A stretch of 64,000 nt of DNA from Deltaproteobacteria bacterium (GCA_040218735.1 JAVJQW010000046.1:256001-320000); one strand, 5' to 3'; positions 46,301 through 55,536 are shown, counted from the stretch's first letter. The notes: a model not told the origin generated them from the sequence alone. Program-made: numbers and translations.

Positions 46301-47255
46301 CGGAACGGAGCACTGCGTCGACCAGACCAGCCAGCCCGACCTGGCGTACATGACCTGTCCAATCTCCGCCCCCATCGCCGTCTACACCGAGGGCGGGCGC
46401 TACCGTACGGGGTACGTCGGCGACGAGTGCGGGCAGATCTGGGCGATCGATCGCAACCCACGCGACGCCGGCGGCGCCGCCGCATGGACGGTTCGAAGAC
46501 TCGTCCACCTGAACAACGTCGACGCCTCGGGACACACGGTGCTCGGAGACTCGGCCGACTTCCGAAAGATCTTCGCGAGGCTCGACCTCGTGATCTCCAC
46601 GTGCACGAACCAACGAGCGATCGGCGTGTACTTCGGTACGGGCGACGTGCAGCGCCCGGCCACGACCGCGGGCGTCCTGCAGGACCCCGCCGTCACGAAC
46701 CCCAACCAGGACACACCGAGCCCGACCTCTCCGCTCGCCTGGCCGGCGATGACCGCGAGCGGCGATCGAAACGTCTTCGGCGTGGTCTGGGACGACACCC
46801 ACAAGCGCAACCTGCGCCTGTCGGACCTCTTTGACGCAACGACCGTGGCGAACACCGACCCCGGCGCGACCAAGACGAAGAACGGCTTCTTCATGCGTCT
46901 TGGGCCCGCCGAGAAGATGCTCCGCGACCCGCTCGTGATCGACGGCGTGGCGTACTTCAAGACGTACCGCCCGACGAAGGCCGCGACCGAGTGTGTGTCG
47001 GCGCGAGGTCTGGACCAGGTCTACGCCTTCGACAACTGCACGGCCGCGCCGACCCAGGGGACGACCGCGTCGGATCGTGAAGTCTGGAGCGGCGAGACCG
47101 AAATCGGCGGTGGCCTCATGCTCTACGCACCCCGCGGCGGACCGCCCGCCGTCCTGCTGGGCGGGACGGGGAGCGACACCCCCGAGCTCGCGGCGCTGCC
47201 AAGCCGCCCCGATCGTCGCGCGCTGCGCCTGTACCTATGGCGACTCGATCAGTAG
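43347..47255 (+). CDS. pilY1: PilY1-like pilus adhesin (vWA + beta-propeller, CUB-like insert)
   Basis: LVLDSSGSM MIDAS, GQTPL, CRQNYIVVLSDG, NANDGAMH, GLGRGG, YVGDECGQIW, VYFGTGD, EKMLRDP. Confidence 0.78.
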   Translation: MLDWTTLYALTAALTAQATLQPDQLDLLRNTDTTPQIQLVLDSSGSMSTTMLPTPACPYYADLFLTPQDPACARCSSCMADAGCRFSRMDMLKASLTGCANVADGVLDQWATRALFAMRVFGTGGNDGLTPNGGFDTSRGNIAGLKSDVLALTPNGQTPLGLQYAAAGAYVADDSTGFFSYDGDPTTPQCSPTSPGGACNNTLECRQNYIVVLSDGASNGPPSTYDFVAANPSVTVNDLSDPAPYTDLAARYMVRDVASPAGALIDVMGKVAGSQQIRTYSIAFDAPSNAQQLLSDMATEGDGAYHDATSYAALNDAFIDIFTSIIARSSVVFSAGTVQPEGFFSGNFVYVSSFRPFEDGYWPGTTKKYCVDPNEPPILDPANTECMFLRVPATPTGQLFTNPAPVDRWTLTAQASATVGGSGARIAAAMGANPTTPYQFPGSAGCPSCSPAVAPQPGSPYGGRRVLTWEPGKNNYLEITDSTFAPPSFSRSSGACNHARLINKLYGYTDEVRGPGCSGNDLWPAAYDVWPVGDTVNGSATMIAYSNDCETAGNCYIAVNANDGAMHFLDAATGDEISMVIPGNFFVGDQSVTNEMSQLMDQPNGQSMRRYYFDGKSRLYHEDSNANGYIDASETAYFIAGLGRGGKMYLQWDMSMPGQRFHGDPLGGATAPATGSHPPSAIMVDSNTGFAHLRDTWAAPWVGQFVSTVDQAAHRTAIFPSGHTGSDDVLLGTFASTQPGLGLPPDDNNTYDANPVCSDVGIAPEACDPTVGINSICTAYGVPTSYCDFQTCTPGYTGALFANNDPADKPCYDDPIWASLAGSGPNPNPLYGANFAPGYARSFGPYSFASGSQTGRAFRLVFARLDLQPGDRFEILDDSNTVVETFDGPQPTGTRTQWVYGSSFSFRLVTDGSDSGPASLWAIDRIHVQRTAAPGNITATTEPTVFFVDLDRVASYPFAAVPTDDRQGSALLARITRDCSGTAISGTEHCVDQTSQPDLAYMTCPISAPIAVYTEGGRYRTGYVGDECGQIWAIDRNPRDAGGAAAWTVRRLVHLNNVDASGHTVLGDSADFRKIFARLDLVISTCTNQRAIGVYFGTGDVQRPATTAGVLQDPAVTNPNQDTPSPTSPLAWPAMTASGDRNVFGVVWDDTHKRNLRLSDLFDATTVANTDPGATKTKNGFFMRLGPAEKMLRDPLVIDGVAYFKTYRPTKAATECVSARGLDQVYAFDNCTAAPTQGTTASDREVWSGETEIGGGLMLYAPRGGPPAVLLGGTGSDTPELAALPSRPDRRALRLYLWRLDQ

Positions 47256-47283
47256 TCGCCGAGCGCCCCGAAAGGAACACCCG

Positions 47284-47643
47284 ATGCGAATCCTCCTCGT
47301 CGTCTTTGTCCTCCTCGCGATGACATCGCAGGATCTTCGAGCCGCCCCCGGCAAGCCGGGGCGCGCTCGTCACCACCGGGCGAGTCGTTCGAAGTCCCTT
47401 CGTCTCGTTCCCACCACGCAGGCGCGTGAGGTCACGGTGGTGAAGCTCGTCGACGGGCAGGTCCACTTCACCATCGTCGACGAGGCGCAGCTCCCCCCGG
47501 GGACGGTGCCGGCCGTATCTCGAGCCCTCCTAACGCCGGCGACGGAGGTCGCGCTGCTGCGGAAGGTCGGTCAGCGGGTGAAGCTCCACGTGTCCCGCGA
47601 CGCGAAGGGGGTCCCGTACGTCGTTCGGGTCACGCGCCCGTGA
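47284..47643 (+). CDS. Small secreted basic hypothetical protein
   Basis: AAGGA RBS, signal-like MRILLVVFVLLA; directly after pilY1. Confidence 0.55.
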   Translation: MRILLVVFVLLAMTSQDLRAAPGKPGRARHHRASRSKSLRLVPTTQAREVTVVKLVDGQVHFTIVDEAQLPPGTVPAVSRALLTPATEVALLRKVGQRVKLHVSRDAKGVPYVVRVTRP

Positions 47644-47656
47644 CGGGTCATCGGCG

Positions 47657-48376
47657 TCACGATTCGACTGGTCCGCGGAATGCGCCCCGCAGCGCGCGGG
47701 TCTCCGTCCGGAGCGCCTCCAGCGCGCCGACCAAGTCACTCGCGTCGGTCGGCACGTCGTCCTCGTCGCCGAGGCCCGCGTCCTTGTAGGCCTCCAGTCG
47801 CGCGCGCACGAGATCGCGGATCGCCTCGGCGTTGTCGACGCCGCGGAAGTGCGCGACGTGCATGTCGACGAGCCCGGACTTCTGCGACGGCGTGCCGCCG
47901 CCGGCGGTGCGGACGAGGACGTCTCGCACGCCGAAGATGCGCTGGATGGGGCCCTGTTGGATCGAGATCTCTTGGATGTTGGCGAAGGTCAGCGTCATCT
48001 CGCGCAGCAGGATGACACCTTCGCGGATGCGGAGGCTGCGGTCGGTGACCATGTACCAACGCATCTCGTAGTCGAGGCGGAGCGTCGCGTACCGGAGCGC
48101 AGACACGGCGATGAAGAGCGCCGCCAACACGGCGGCGAAGCCGTAGAGCAGGACCGCGACGCCCCCTCCCGCTTCGTACGCCGCGAGCGACAACCCACCC
48201 GCGGCGATGAGTACGATGGGTACGAACAACAAGGTTCCGAGCAGCCAGACGATGCGTCGGTAGTCGAACCAGCGCCGCGCGGCGCGGAACACTTCGAGCT
48301 GTTCCCCGGTCGGGGGCTCGGGCTCGGGCGGGACGCGGAGGAGGCGGACGACGAGGCCCTTGAACCCGTCATACAT
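47657..48376 (-). CDS. Bacterial PH (bPH_2) domain membrane protein
   Basis: Two TM helices then IREGV...FANIQEISIQQGPIQRIFG...TAGG. Confidence 0.8.
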   Translation of the reverse strand: MYDGFKGLVVRLLRVPPEPEPPTGEQLEVFRAARRWFDYRRIVWLLGTLLFVPIVLIAAGGLSLAAYEAGGGVAVLLYGFAAVLAALFIAVSALRYATLRLDYEMRWYMVTDRSLRIREGVILLREMTLTFANIQEISIQQGPIQRIFGVRDVLVRTAGGGTPSQKSGLVDMHVAHFRGVDNAEAIRDLVRARLEAYKDAGLGDEDDVPTDASDLVGALEALRTETRALRGAFRGPVES

Positions 48377-48863
48377 CGCGGGTCACCGCTTCCCGCACCG
48401 CGCGCACGTCGGCGGCGATGTCCCTGAGCAGCGAGACCGCGACCGTGTTGGCGGCCGGCGCTTCGTCCTTCGTCCCCGCTCCGACGCCGCGCATGCGCGC
48501 GTAGAGGAAGTCGCGGATCATCTCGAACTCCTGCAGGCCCTCGATCGTCACCTCCGCGGCGGAGCTCCCGGACGCGGTCTGCACCTGCACGTCGGCGAGG
48601 CCGAGCCAGCGCTGCACGATCCCGGAGGTGAGGTGGATGTCCTGGATGCGCGCGTACGTCACGTTCACTTCGCGGCGGAACAGGATGCCCCAACGCATGC
48701 CGATGCCTTGGGCGTCGAAGGTGTAGCGCAGCGTCGAGTACCGGAAGAACAGGACCGCCATCATCACGAAGAAGCCGGGGCCAGCGAGGAGGCTGCGGAA
48801 GAAGTAGACCTTGAGGAGGTTCGGGTGAGGGCGTTCGATCGCGAAGATCTTCGAGTCGTCCAC
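48369..48863 (-). CDS. Bacterial PH (bPH_2) domain membrane protein
   Basis: WGILFRRE...YARIQDIHLTSGIVQRWLGLADVQVQTAS; start reassigned to GTG 48863. Confidence 0.8.
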   Translation of the reverse strand: MDDSKIFAIERPHPNLLKVYFFRSLLAGPGFFVMMAVLFFRYSTLRYTFDAQGIGMRWGILFRREVNVTYARIQDIHLTSGIVQRWLGLADVQVQTASGSSAAEVTIEGLQEFEMIRDFLYARMRGVGAGTKDEAPAANTVAVSLLRDIAADVRAVREAVTRDV

Positions 48864-48941
48864 GGCGCGCGAGCTTCGCACGACGGGAGGCGGGACCGCG
48901 AGGAGGGTGGCGGGCCTCGCAACCCGCGGTGCGGGTCGGGT

Positions 48942-49919
48942 ATGAAGAGAAGCGTGGAGGAGCGCGCCCTCGTCAAGCACCGCCCGTTGTTGCAGCTCCT
49001 TGCGTTCTTCGGAGCGACGTTCGTCGGCGGAGCGCTCCTCGTCGCGGTTCCGGCCCTCGGGGCGATCGTCCTCGCCGTCACCACCATCGTCGTCGTCACA
49101 GCCGTAGGTGACCGCACGCCTCCAACGCGCGTACGCCGTGGGAAGATCGAGCGCGTCACGCAGCACGCGGGCCTCCGCGTCGACATCTCCCCGCGCAAGC
49201 TGACGGAGGTCGGGATGGAGCGCCGGATCGAGGTCGACCTCGTGAGCTTCACCGCCGTGGAGTCGCGCTCCGCGTCGTGGCGGATCGCGGTCGGTGCCTG
49301 GCTGAGGGCCGAGTGTGACGACCCCGCCGTGCGGAGTGTGCGTGCGTTGCTGGGCTGCGTTCGATTCGACGTCGTGGGTTCGGGGGTCGATCTCCCGCTC
49401 GAGGCGATCGCCCCCGGGCTCACCGCCGTGCAGAGGCTCGTCAAGGAGCCGCACAAGGTGGTCCTCGACATCCTCTGGGACGAGCGGCTCACGATCGCGG
49501 ATCGCATCGCGGCCGCGTCGTGTTGTGAGCCCGCCGACCTCGCACGGCGGGGGAACGTCGAGCAGCTGCCGATCCCGCTCGTGTTGCCGACCGTGCGACG
49601 CATGGGTCCGCGCAAGGAAGCCGCGGAGGCGTTGATGTGCCTCGCCACGAACCCCGAGGCGGATCGAATCGAGCGCGTGGACGCGGTCGAGCTCCTCGAG
49701 CGCTGGGGCGCGGCCGTCGTGCTTCGTCGAATCCTGGACGAGGTGGAGCCGTCGCTGACGCCGGTCGTGCGCAAGGCGCTGCGGAACATTCAGGGCCCCG
49801 GGGGGCAGCTCTCGATCGCGGCGAGCGTCGACGAGGGTGGCCTCGCGTTCGCCGACGAGGCGGGGCCCGGCGCGGTCTCGATCGACGACGACTCGGAGGA
49901 CCTGGATCTGCCGCCCTGA
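48942..49919 (+). CDS. Hypothetical membrane protein with helical (HEAT-like) C-terminus
   Basis: Two N-terminal TM segments; GGQLSIA...GGLA...GAVS tail; start ATG 48942. Confidence 0.55.
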   Translation: MKRSVEERALVKHRPLLQLLAFFGATFVGGALLVAVPALGAIVLAVTTIVVVTAVGDRTPPTRVRRGKIERVTQHAGLRVDISPRKLTEVGMERRIEVDLVSFTAVESRSASWRIAVGAWLRAECDDPAVRSVRALLGCVRFDVVGSGVDLPLEAIAPGLTAVQRLVKEPHKVVLDILWDERLTIADRIAAASCCEPADLARRGNVEQLPIPLVLPTVRRMGPRKEAAEALMCLATNPEADRIERVDAVELLERWGAAVVLRRILDEVEPSLTPVVRKALRNIQGPGGQLSIAASVDEGGLAFADEAGPGAVSIDDDSEDLDLPP

Positions 49920-50167
49920 AACGGGTCGAGTCCCGACGGCTCACGTCGAAGGAAGATCGCCTCCTCTTCGAGGCGCCCAGGTCTCACGACTGAGGCGCCG
50001 ACCCCTCGACCGCACGATACGTGAACGACGGTTCAACCTCCCGCGCACGGAGGCGGAGCGTCGGATCCGTTCGAATCTCGGCGCGTTGGCGACGATGACG
50101 CGGCCCGGCAGGGCGATGCGCCGTCGTAGGGTGTGTCCGCGGAACGGGACTTGCGAAGCAGCACCGC

Positions 50168-52948
50168 GTGGGAATCGGTGCCCGAGCGACGATCACCTCC
50201 TTTGTGTTGGGTCCGCTGCTCATGGCCTTCGCGCCGGCGCCCCGCCCGTGGGCGCCGACGCCCGAGCGGTTCCTTCGGACGGTCTCGGACCACCCGGCGC
50301 CGATCGTGTCGAAGCTGATCGCGGAGCAGGGCTTCGAGGTCTACAGCTACCGCCCGGACGGGACCGTGGCGATCGTCTGGGGCGCGCCGCGGACGGCGCC
50401 CGTGAATCTGTCGCCCGACGGCGCGAGTCAGCTCGCGCTCGAGCTCGCGCAGGCGATGGCGCGCTCGCTCGGGGTGAAGGCCGAGGATCTCTACGTTCGC
50501 GACACACACCCGCTCGAAGGGTGGACCAACGTCGCGATCGGTCAACAGGTCGAAGGCATCGACGTGCCGCAGGGCTTCGTGATGTTCACCTTCCGCGAGG
50601 GGCAGGTGGCCGCGATTCGCAATGAGCTGGTGCGGGTCCGAGTCGATCTCTTACCCACGTTGACGCCCGACGTTGCAACCCAGGTTGCGATCGATGCCGC
50701 GAAGGGGTTCACGTTGAGCACGCTCGTCGCGCCCGCCGCCCTCGAGGTGTGGACGGCCGGGGACCGCGCCGAAGACGTGCGCCTCGCGTACGCGGTGAAG
50801 ACACGCTCCGAGCACCCGGTCAGTCGCTTCACGTTCCACGTCGACGCCCACGACGGGACCATCCTCGCCGCCGACGACGCGGTGCACTTCGCCGAGGGCG
50901 AGGGTCGCGTCCGCATCGTCGTCGACACCGTCACCTCCGGCGGCGCGCAGGACCCGCACACCGCGCTGTTCCTCGGGCTCGACCAGGACACGGACAGCGA
51001 CGGCGAGAGCCAGCTGAGCTCACGCGTCACCGCGACGTACGAGGGGCCGTACGTCCGCATCCGCGACGAGAGCGGGACGCCGGTCGAGCGCTTCGACGTC
51101 GACCTCTCCGGACCCTACGGCGTCTACGACCACACGCCAACGCTGTTCTCCCAGGCCGACCCGTTCGTGCACCTCAACCTGGTGAAGCTCTACACCGCGC
51201 AAATCACTCCGACCCTCGGCTGGATCGGACGGCAACTCACCTCGAACGTGAACATCAACGACAATTGCAACGCGTTCTGGGATGGTCAGACCGTCAATTT
51301 CTTCCGCAGCGGTGGTGGTTGCAACAACACCGGCCGAATCGCGTCGATCATCTATCATGAGTACGGTCACGGCTATCACGGCAACCTCACCGGTCGCGTG
51401 GTGGGTTCGATCGGCGAAGGCTCTGGTGACTTCCTCGCCGGGACGATCCTCGACGACCCGATCGTCGGCCGAGGCTTCGCGACGAACGGCAGCGGCATCC
51501 GCCGCATGGACCAACCGCAGCGCTACCCCGACGACTACACCGGCGAGGTCCATCAAGACGGCCTGATCTGGGCGACCGCGCTCTGGGAGCTGCGCCAGGC
51601 GCTGCTCACCAAACACGGCGCGTGGGCGGGGCAGATGGCGGTCGACGAAGCGTTCGTCCTCGCGCTCACGCAGGGCCCGGGGCTGTCCACCGCGTACCCC
51701 GCGATCCTCTCGGCGGACGACGACGACAACAACCCGAACAACGGCACGCCGAACAGCTGCGAGATCAACGCGATCTTCTCCCGCCACGGGCTGATCGACG
51801 GCGGGCAGATCAACCACGACGCGGTCCCCACCCGCGCGTTCGTTCGCATCACCCACGACGCGCCCGGACGCATCGCCGTCACCGCCGACGGGATGCCGAT
51901 CGCGGCGACGACCGAGAATCGCTCGGACTGCGGAACCTACGACCCGGCCGCGCTCACGCTGCACTACGCGATCGGCGACGGTGCGCCGTTCACCGTCGCG
52001 CCCGACGCAACGCTCATCCCCGGCGCCGTCGAAGGTGACACCGTGCGCTACTACTTCACCCTCGAGGCCGAAGGGGTGACCTACGCGCTCGGCGACGAGA
52101 CTTCACCCTTCGTCGCGCTCGCCGACTTTGCGGACGAGACGATCTTCGAGGAGGGCTTCGAAGGTGACTTCGGCGCCTGGCAGCACGGCACCGTCGGCTC
52201 GGATCTCCACGACGACTGGGAGGTCGGCGCGCCCCTCGGGCTCCGCTTCGATCCGACCGAGGCGCACTCCGGAAACGCGGTCGCGGGGACCGACCTCGGT
52301 GCGGGCGGCGGCGTCGGCGGCACGAACGGCGCGGCGAAGGGCGGGCGCTCCACGTTCCTCGAGTCCGAAGCCATCACCACCGAAGGGATGGAGAACCTCC
52401 GCCTCGAGCTGTGGCACCACTACGTCGTGGATGGCTCGCTTCGTGTCGTCGTCGACGGCGAGACCGTGTTCACCTACGCCAACGACGGGAGCGCGTGGAG
52501 CGGTGGCTGGCGCTACCTCACGTTCGAGCTCCCCGCCGCGACCGCCGACCGCGCCGACGGCTTCACGATTCGCTTCGAGGTCGACACCAACGCCAACAAC
52601 AACCGCGGCGGTTGGACGCTCGACGACATTCGTGTGTCGGGCACCGCGATCCCGCCGCCGCCTCCTCCGCCGCCGCCGGAGGATCCGCCGACGATGAACC
52701 CCGACGATCCGAAGAACCCCGGCACGCCTCCGGCCACCGAGGATCCGAGCATCGATCCGGTGGACCCCGCGGATCCTGCGCAGCCCGACGACGGCACCTT
52801 CCGCGGCTTGCGTCGCGGCGGTCTGTCGGGCGGCTGTGTGTGCGCCGACGCGCCGCGAGACACCCGATTCTCGGGCTGGGCGTGGGTCATGCTCGGCGTG
52901 TTCATGGGTGTGATCCGAAGATCACGAAGATCGCGCCGCCTCCATTGA
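50168..52948 (+). CDS. Secreted zinc metallopeptidase (M4/M36-like) with propeptide and MYXO-CTERM-like anchor
   Basis: FTP/PepSY-like propeptide (VDAHDGTIL), NAFWDG, HEYGH, GEGSGD, EVHQDG; Pro-rich linker; GGCVC + TM + basic tail. Confidence 0.85.
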   Translation: MGIGARATITSFVLGPLLMAFAPAPRPWAPTPERFLRTVSDHPAPIVSKLIAEQGFEVYSYRPDGTVAIVWGAPRTAPVNLSPDGASQLALELAQAMARSLGVKAEDLYVRDTHPLEGWTNVAIGQQVEGIDVPQGFVMFTFREGQVAAIRNELVRVRVDLLPTLTPDVATQVAIDAAKGFTLSTLVAPAALEVWTAGDRAEDVRLAYAVKTRSEHPVSRFTFHVDAHDGTILAADDAVHFAEGEGRVRIVVDTVTSGGAQDPHTALFLGLDQDTDSDGESQLSSRVTATYEGPYVRIRDESGTPVERFDVDLSGPYGVYDHTPTLFSQADPFVHLNLVKLYTAQITPTLGWIGRQLTSNVNINDNCNAFWDGQTVNFFRSGGGCNNTGRIASIIYHEYGHGYHGNLTGRVVGSIGEGSGDFLAGTILDDPIVGRGFATNGSGIRRMDQPQRYPDDYTGEVHQDGLIWATALWELRQALLTKHGAWAGQMAVDEAFVLALTQGPGLSTAYPAILSADDDDNNPNNGTPNSCEINAIFSRHGLIDGGQINHDAVPTRAFVRITHDAPGRIAVTADGMPIAATTENRSDCGTYDPAALTLHYAIGDGAPFTVAPDATLIPGAVEGDTVRYYFTLEAEGVTYALGDETSPFVALADFADETIFEEGFEGDFGAWQHGTVGSDLHDDWEVGAPLGLRFDPTEAHSGNAVAGTDLGAGGGVGGTNGAAKGGRSTFLESEAITTEGMENLRLELWHHYVVDGSLRVVVDGETVFTYANDGSAWSGGWRYLTFELPAATADRADGFTIRFEVDTNANNNRGGWTLDDIRVSGTAIPPPPPPPPPEDPPTMNPDDPKNPGTPPATEDPSIDPVDPADPAQPDDGTFRGLRRGGLSGGCVCADAPRDTRFSGWAWVMLGVFMGVIRRSRRSRRLH

Positions 52949-52984
52949 CGCGCCCCTCGACTTGCCGCACCGTGTCAACTTCGC

Positions 52985-54301
52985 GTGCAGGTCAACGGGG
53001 GAAAGATCGAGCGCATCGAGCTCTTCCACATCGAGGTCCCCCTTCCGACCCCGCTGTTCCCGGTCTGGATCCCCGGCTACCCGCAATACAAACAGTGCGC
53101 GACGCTCCTCGCGGTCACCACGAAGGACGGCTTGACCGGTTACGCGAGCGCGCCGGCGTTCGAGCGCGAGCGCACCAGCCTCGGTGAGTTCATCGGCAAG
53201 TTCCTGCTCGGGCTGGATCCCTACGACCTCGACCTCGTCCGCGAGCGCATCCGACAAGCCGCCTACCTCGGGTGGCGGAACAGCTGGATGGACCTCGCCT
53301 TCTGGGACCTCGCCGCGCAGGCGCGTGGCATCCCGCTGCACGCCCTGATCGCGGAGCGCCTCGGTGCACCCGAGCGCGACGTCGAGGCTCGCGTCCCGGT
53401 CTACGCGTCGTTCCCGGAGCTCCGTCCGCCGCGCGTTCGCGCGGAGGCGGTGGAGCGCGCGCAGTCGCTCGGCTTCGCCGGGGTGAAGATCGCGGTGCAC
53501 TCGTCGCGGGAGTCGGACGACTTCGAGCAGGTCGCGATGTCGCGGAAGGTCGCGGGCGACGACCTCGCGATCATGGTGCACGCACGCCAGGCCTGGAGTG
53601 TCTCGCTCGTGGAGGAGTCGCCGCGGTGGGATCTGGATCGCGCGCGCCGCTTCGCGGGGGTCGCGGAGACGTGCAACGTCCGCTGGCTTCAGGAGCCGCT
53701 GCACGACGAAGCCTGGGAATCGCTCGCGCAGCTCGGCGCCGCGACGCGGATGCCGATCGCCGGCGGTGACATGAGCTTCGGGTTCGCGGCGCTGGACGCG
53801 CTCACGCGCGCGCAGTGTTACCGCATCCTCACCCCGGACGCCGCGTTCTTCGGGCTCGGCAACCAGGTGCGGACGATGAAGTCCTGCCTGGACCGCAAGC
53901 TGTCCTTCGCGCCGTCCTCGAACAGCGACGGCATCGGCCTGGTCGCGAACCTCCACGCCCTCGCGGCGTGGCGTCGGTTCTCGGAGGACGAACACGCGGT
54001 GCTGGAGTTCCCGTGGGAACCCCCCGCGATGATCCCCGAGTACCGCGACGCGCTCCTCGAGCGCCCGCTGCACATCGCGAAGGACAGCACCCTCGAGGTA
54101 CCGACGGCGCCGGGGCTCGGCGTGGCGATCGACCCGGCCGCGCTCAAGCGCTACGGCGAGCGCTTCTATCACGTGACCCCGGTGCGCTTCGCCGTGAAGG
54201 TCGCGCGCAGCGGCGGGTTGCGGACGACGCACGAAGCGGTCGGAAAGCGCCCGCGTCGGCGCCCCGAGAGCACCGTGCGCGACAAGAGCCGACTGGGGTA
54301 G
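52985..54301 (+). CDS. Mandelate racemase/muconate lactonizing enzyme (enolase superfamily) protein
   Basis: MDLAFWDL capping motif, VPVYAS, WLQEP, VPTAPGLGV. Confidence 0.82.
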   Translation: MQVNGGKIERIELFHIEVPLPTPLFPVWIPGYPQYKQCATLLAVTTKDGLTGYASAPAFERERTSLGEFIGKFLLGLDPYDLDLVRERIRQAAYLGWRNSWMDLAFWDLAAQARGIPLHALIAERLGAPERDVEARVPVYASFPELRPPRVRAEAVERAQSLGFAGVKIAVHSSRESDDFEQVAMSRKVAGDDLAIMVHARQAWSVSLVEESPRWDLDRARRFAGVAETCNVRWLQEPLHDEAWESLAQLGAATRMPIAGGDMSFGFAALDALTRAQCYRILTPDAAFFGLGNQVRTMKSCLDRKLSFAPSSNSDGIGLVANLHALAAWRRFSEDEHAVLEFPWEPPAMIPEYRDALLERPLHIAKDSTLEVPTAPGLGVAIDPAALKRYGERFYHVTPVRFAVKVARSGGLRTTHEAVGKRPRRRPESTVRDKSRLG

Positions 54302-54302
54302 C

Positions 54303-54977
54303 TCAGTCGCCGCAGCGCTCCTGCTCCATGAAGGTGCGCAGACTCGTCTGCTCGTCCGCTTCGAACCTCTCCTTGGTGACGGTGAGCTCCACGATTCGGT
54401 CGGAGCGAAACGTGCGGAAGTCCTCACGCAGCTCGCACCAGCCGGAGACCATCCACCCGTCCGTCAGCGACCAGATCACCAAAGGGCGCACGCGGCGTTC
54501 CGTTTGCGCTCCAGCGCCGTCTTCGTAGGCGATGCGCAAGACACGTTGCGTTCGGATGGCTTCGCGCACCACGCCCGCGTCGAGCCGATGCTCTCGACGA
54601 TGCAGGCTATGGAACGGTGCGTCGGCGAGCGTTCGGTCTTCCGGCCGTGGGAGGCTCGCCTGGAGTTTGGCTCGCACCTCCCGCGCCGCTGACGCCAGCC
54701 CGGGGTCGCCGGTCCGCTCGACGAAGGAGAGCCCGACCGCCAACGCGTCGATCTGGTCGTAGGTGAAGGTCACGTTGGGGAGGTCGAAGCCGGGTCGGAG
54801 CACGTACCCGACGCCGGCTTCCCCTTCGATCGGGAGGCCCGAGCCCTGAAGGTGAGCGATGTCGCGGTAGATCGTGCTGAGGCTGACGCCGAACGTATCG
54901 GCGAGCTCGCTGGCGCGGGTGACACCGCGGCTGCGCATCTCGTTGATCAGCCGGAACAGTCGTTCTGCACGTCGCAT
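54303..54977 (-). CDS. YafY-type HTH-WYL transcriptional regulator
   Basis: MRRAERLF, TIYRDI..L...G.PIEGEAGVGY, GWCELREDFRTFRSDRI. Confidence 0.93.
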   Translation of the reverse strand: MRRAERLFRLINEMRSRGVTRASELADTFGVSLSTIYRDIAHLQGSGLPIEGEAGVGYVLRPGFDLPNVTFTYDQIDALAVGLSFVERTGDPGLASAAREVRAKLQASLPRPEDRTLADAPFHSLHRREHRLDAGVVREAIRTQRVLRIAYEDGAGAQTERRVRPLVIWSLTDGWMVSGWCELREDFRTFRSDRIVELTVTKERFEADEQTSLRTFMEQERCGD

Positions 54978-55045
54978 CCTCGAACCTTTGGACGCCTCGG
55001 GTCACGTTGGCGCCTCGTTCACCTATACCACCCGCGACCAGCGGT

Positions 55046-55441
55046 TCAGGCGGCCGCGGTCGCTTCGATCTCGAACATGAGGTCTGGGATCGCCAGGCGC
55101 GTCACGCCGAGCAGCGTCATCGGGGGAGACGCACCCGCCGCCCCGAAACGCTCCCCGAGGAGATCGAAGTTCGCGAGCGCGGCGTCCACGTCCGTGGCGT
55201 AGATGCCGAGGCGGGTGACGTGCGAGAGGTCCATGCCCGCTTCGCGGAGGACCGCTTGGAGGTTGTCGAGCGCCAGCGTGATCTGGTTGCGCATGTCCCC
55301 CGGATGCTGAGGTGCACCATGTTCGTCGACGGACGTCTGGCCTGCGACCGTGAGTTGGCGCCGGGCGCCTTCGAGCGTTTCGCCTTGGTGGTATCCGAGC
55401 TTCGCCGACCAAGACCAGGGGTTGATGGGTGTCTTTTTCAT
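55046..55441 (-). CDS. RidA/YjgF (Rid) family protein
   Basis: AGQT, ALDNL..VL..AG, LLGVTRLA.PDLMFEIEATA. Confidence 0.9.
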   Translation of the reverse strand: MKKTPINPWSWSAKLGYHQGETLEGARRQLTVAGQTSVDEHGAPQHPGDMRNQITLALDNLQAVLREAGMDLSHVTRLGIYATDVDAALANFDLLGERFGAAGASPPMTLLGVTRLAIPDLMFEIEATAAA

Positions 55442-55462
55442 GCCCTCATGCTTGCCACAGGC

Positions 55463-55486
55463 CTGTTGTCACCGTGGTGACAGCAG
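55463..55486. promoter_or_regulatory. 24-bp palindrome upstream of the Rid gene; candidate WYL-regulator operator
   Basis: CTGTTGTCACC-GT-GGTGACAGCAG (11-bp arms, one mismatch). Confidence 0.65.
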
Positions 55487-55536
55487 AGGTGGTCGACCGC
55501 GTCGAATGCCCGCCGCGGACCCCTCGTTCCACCGCG

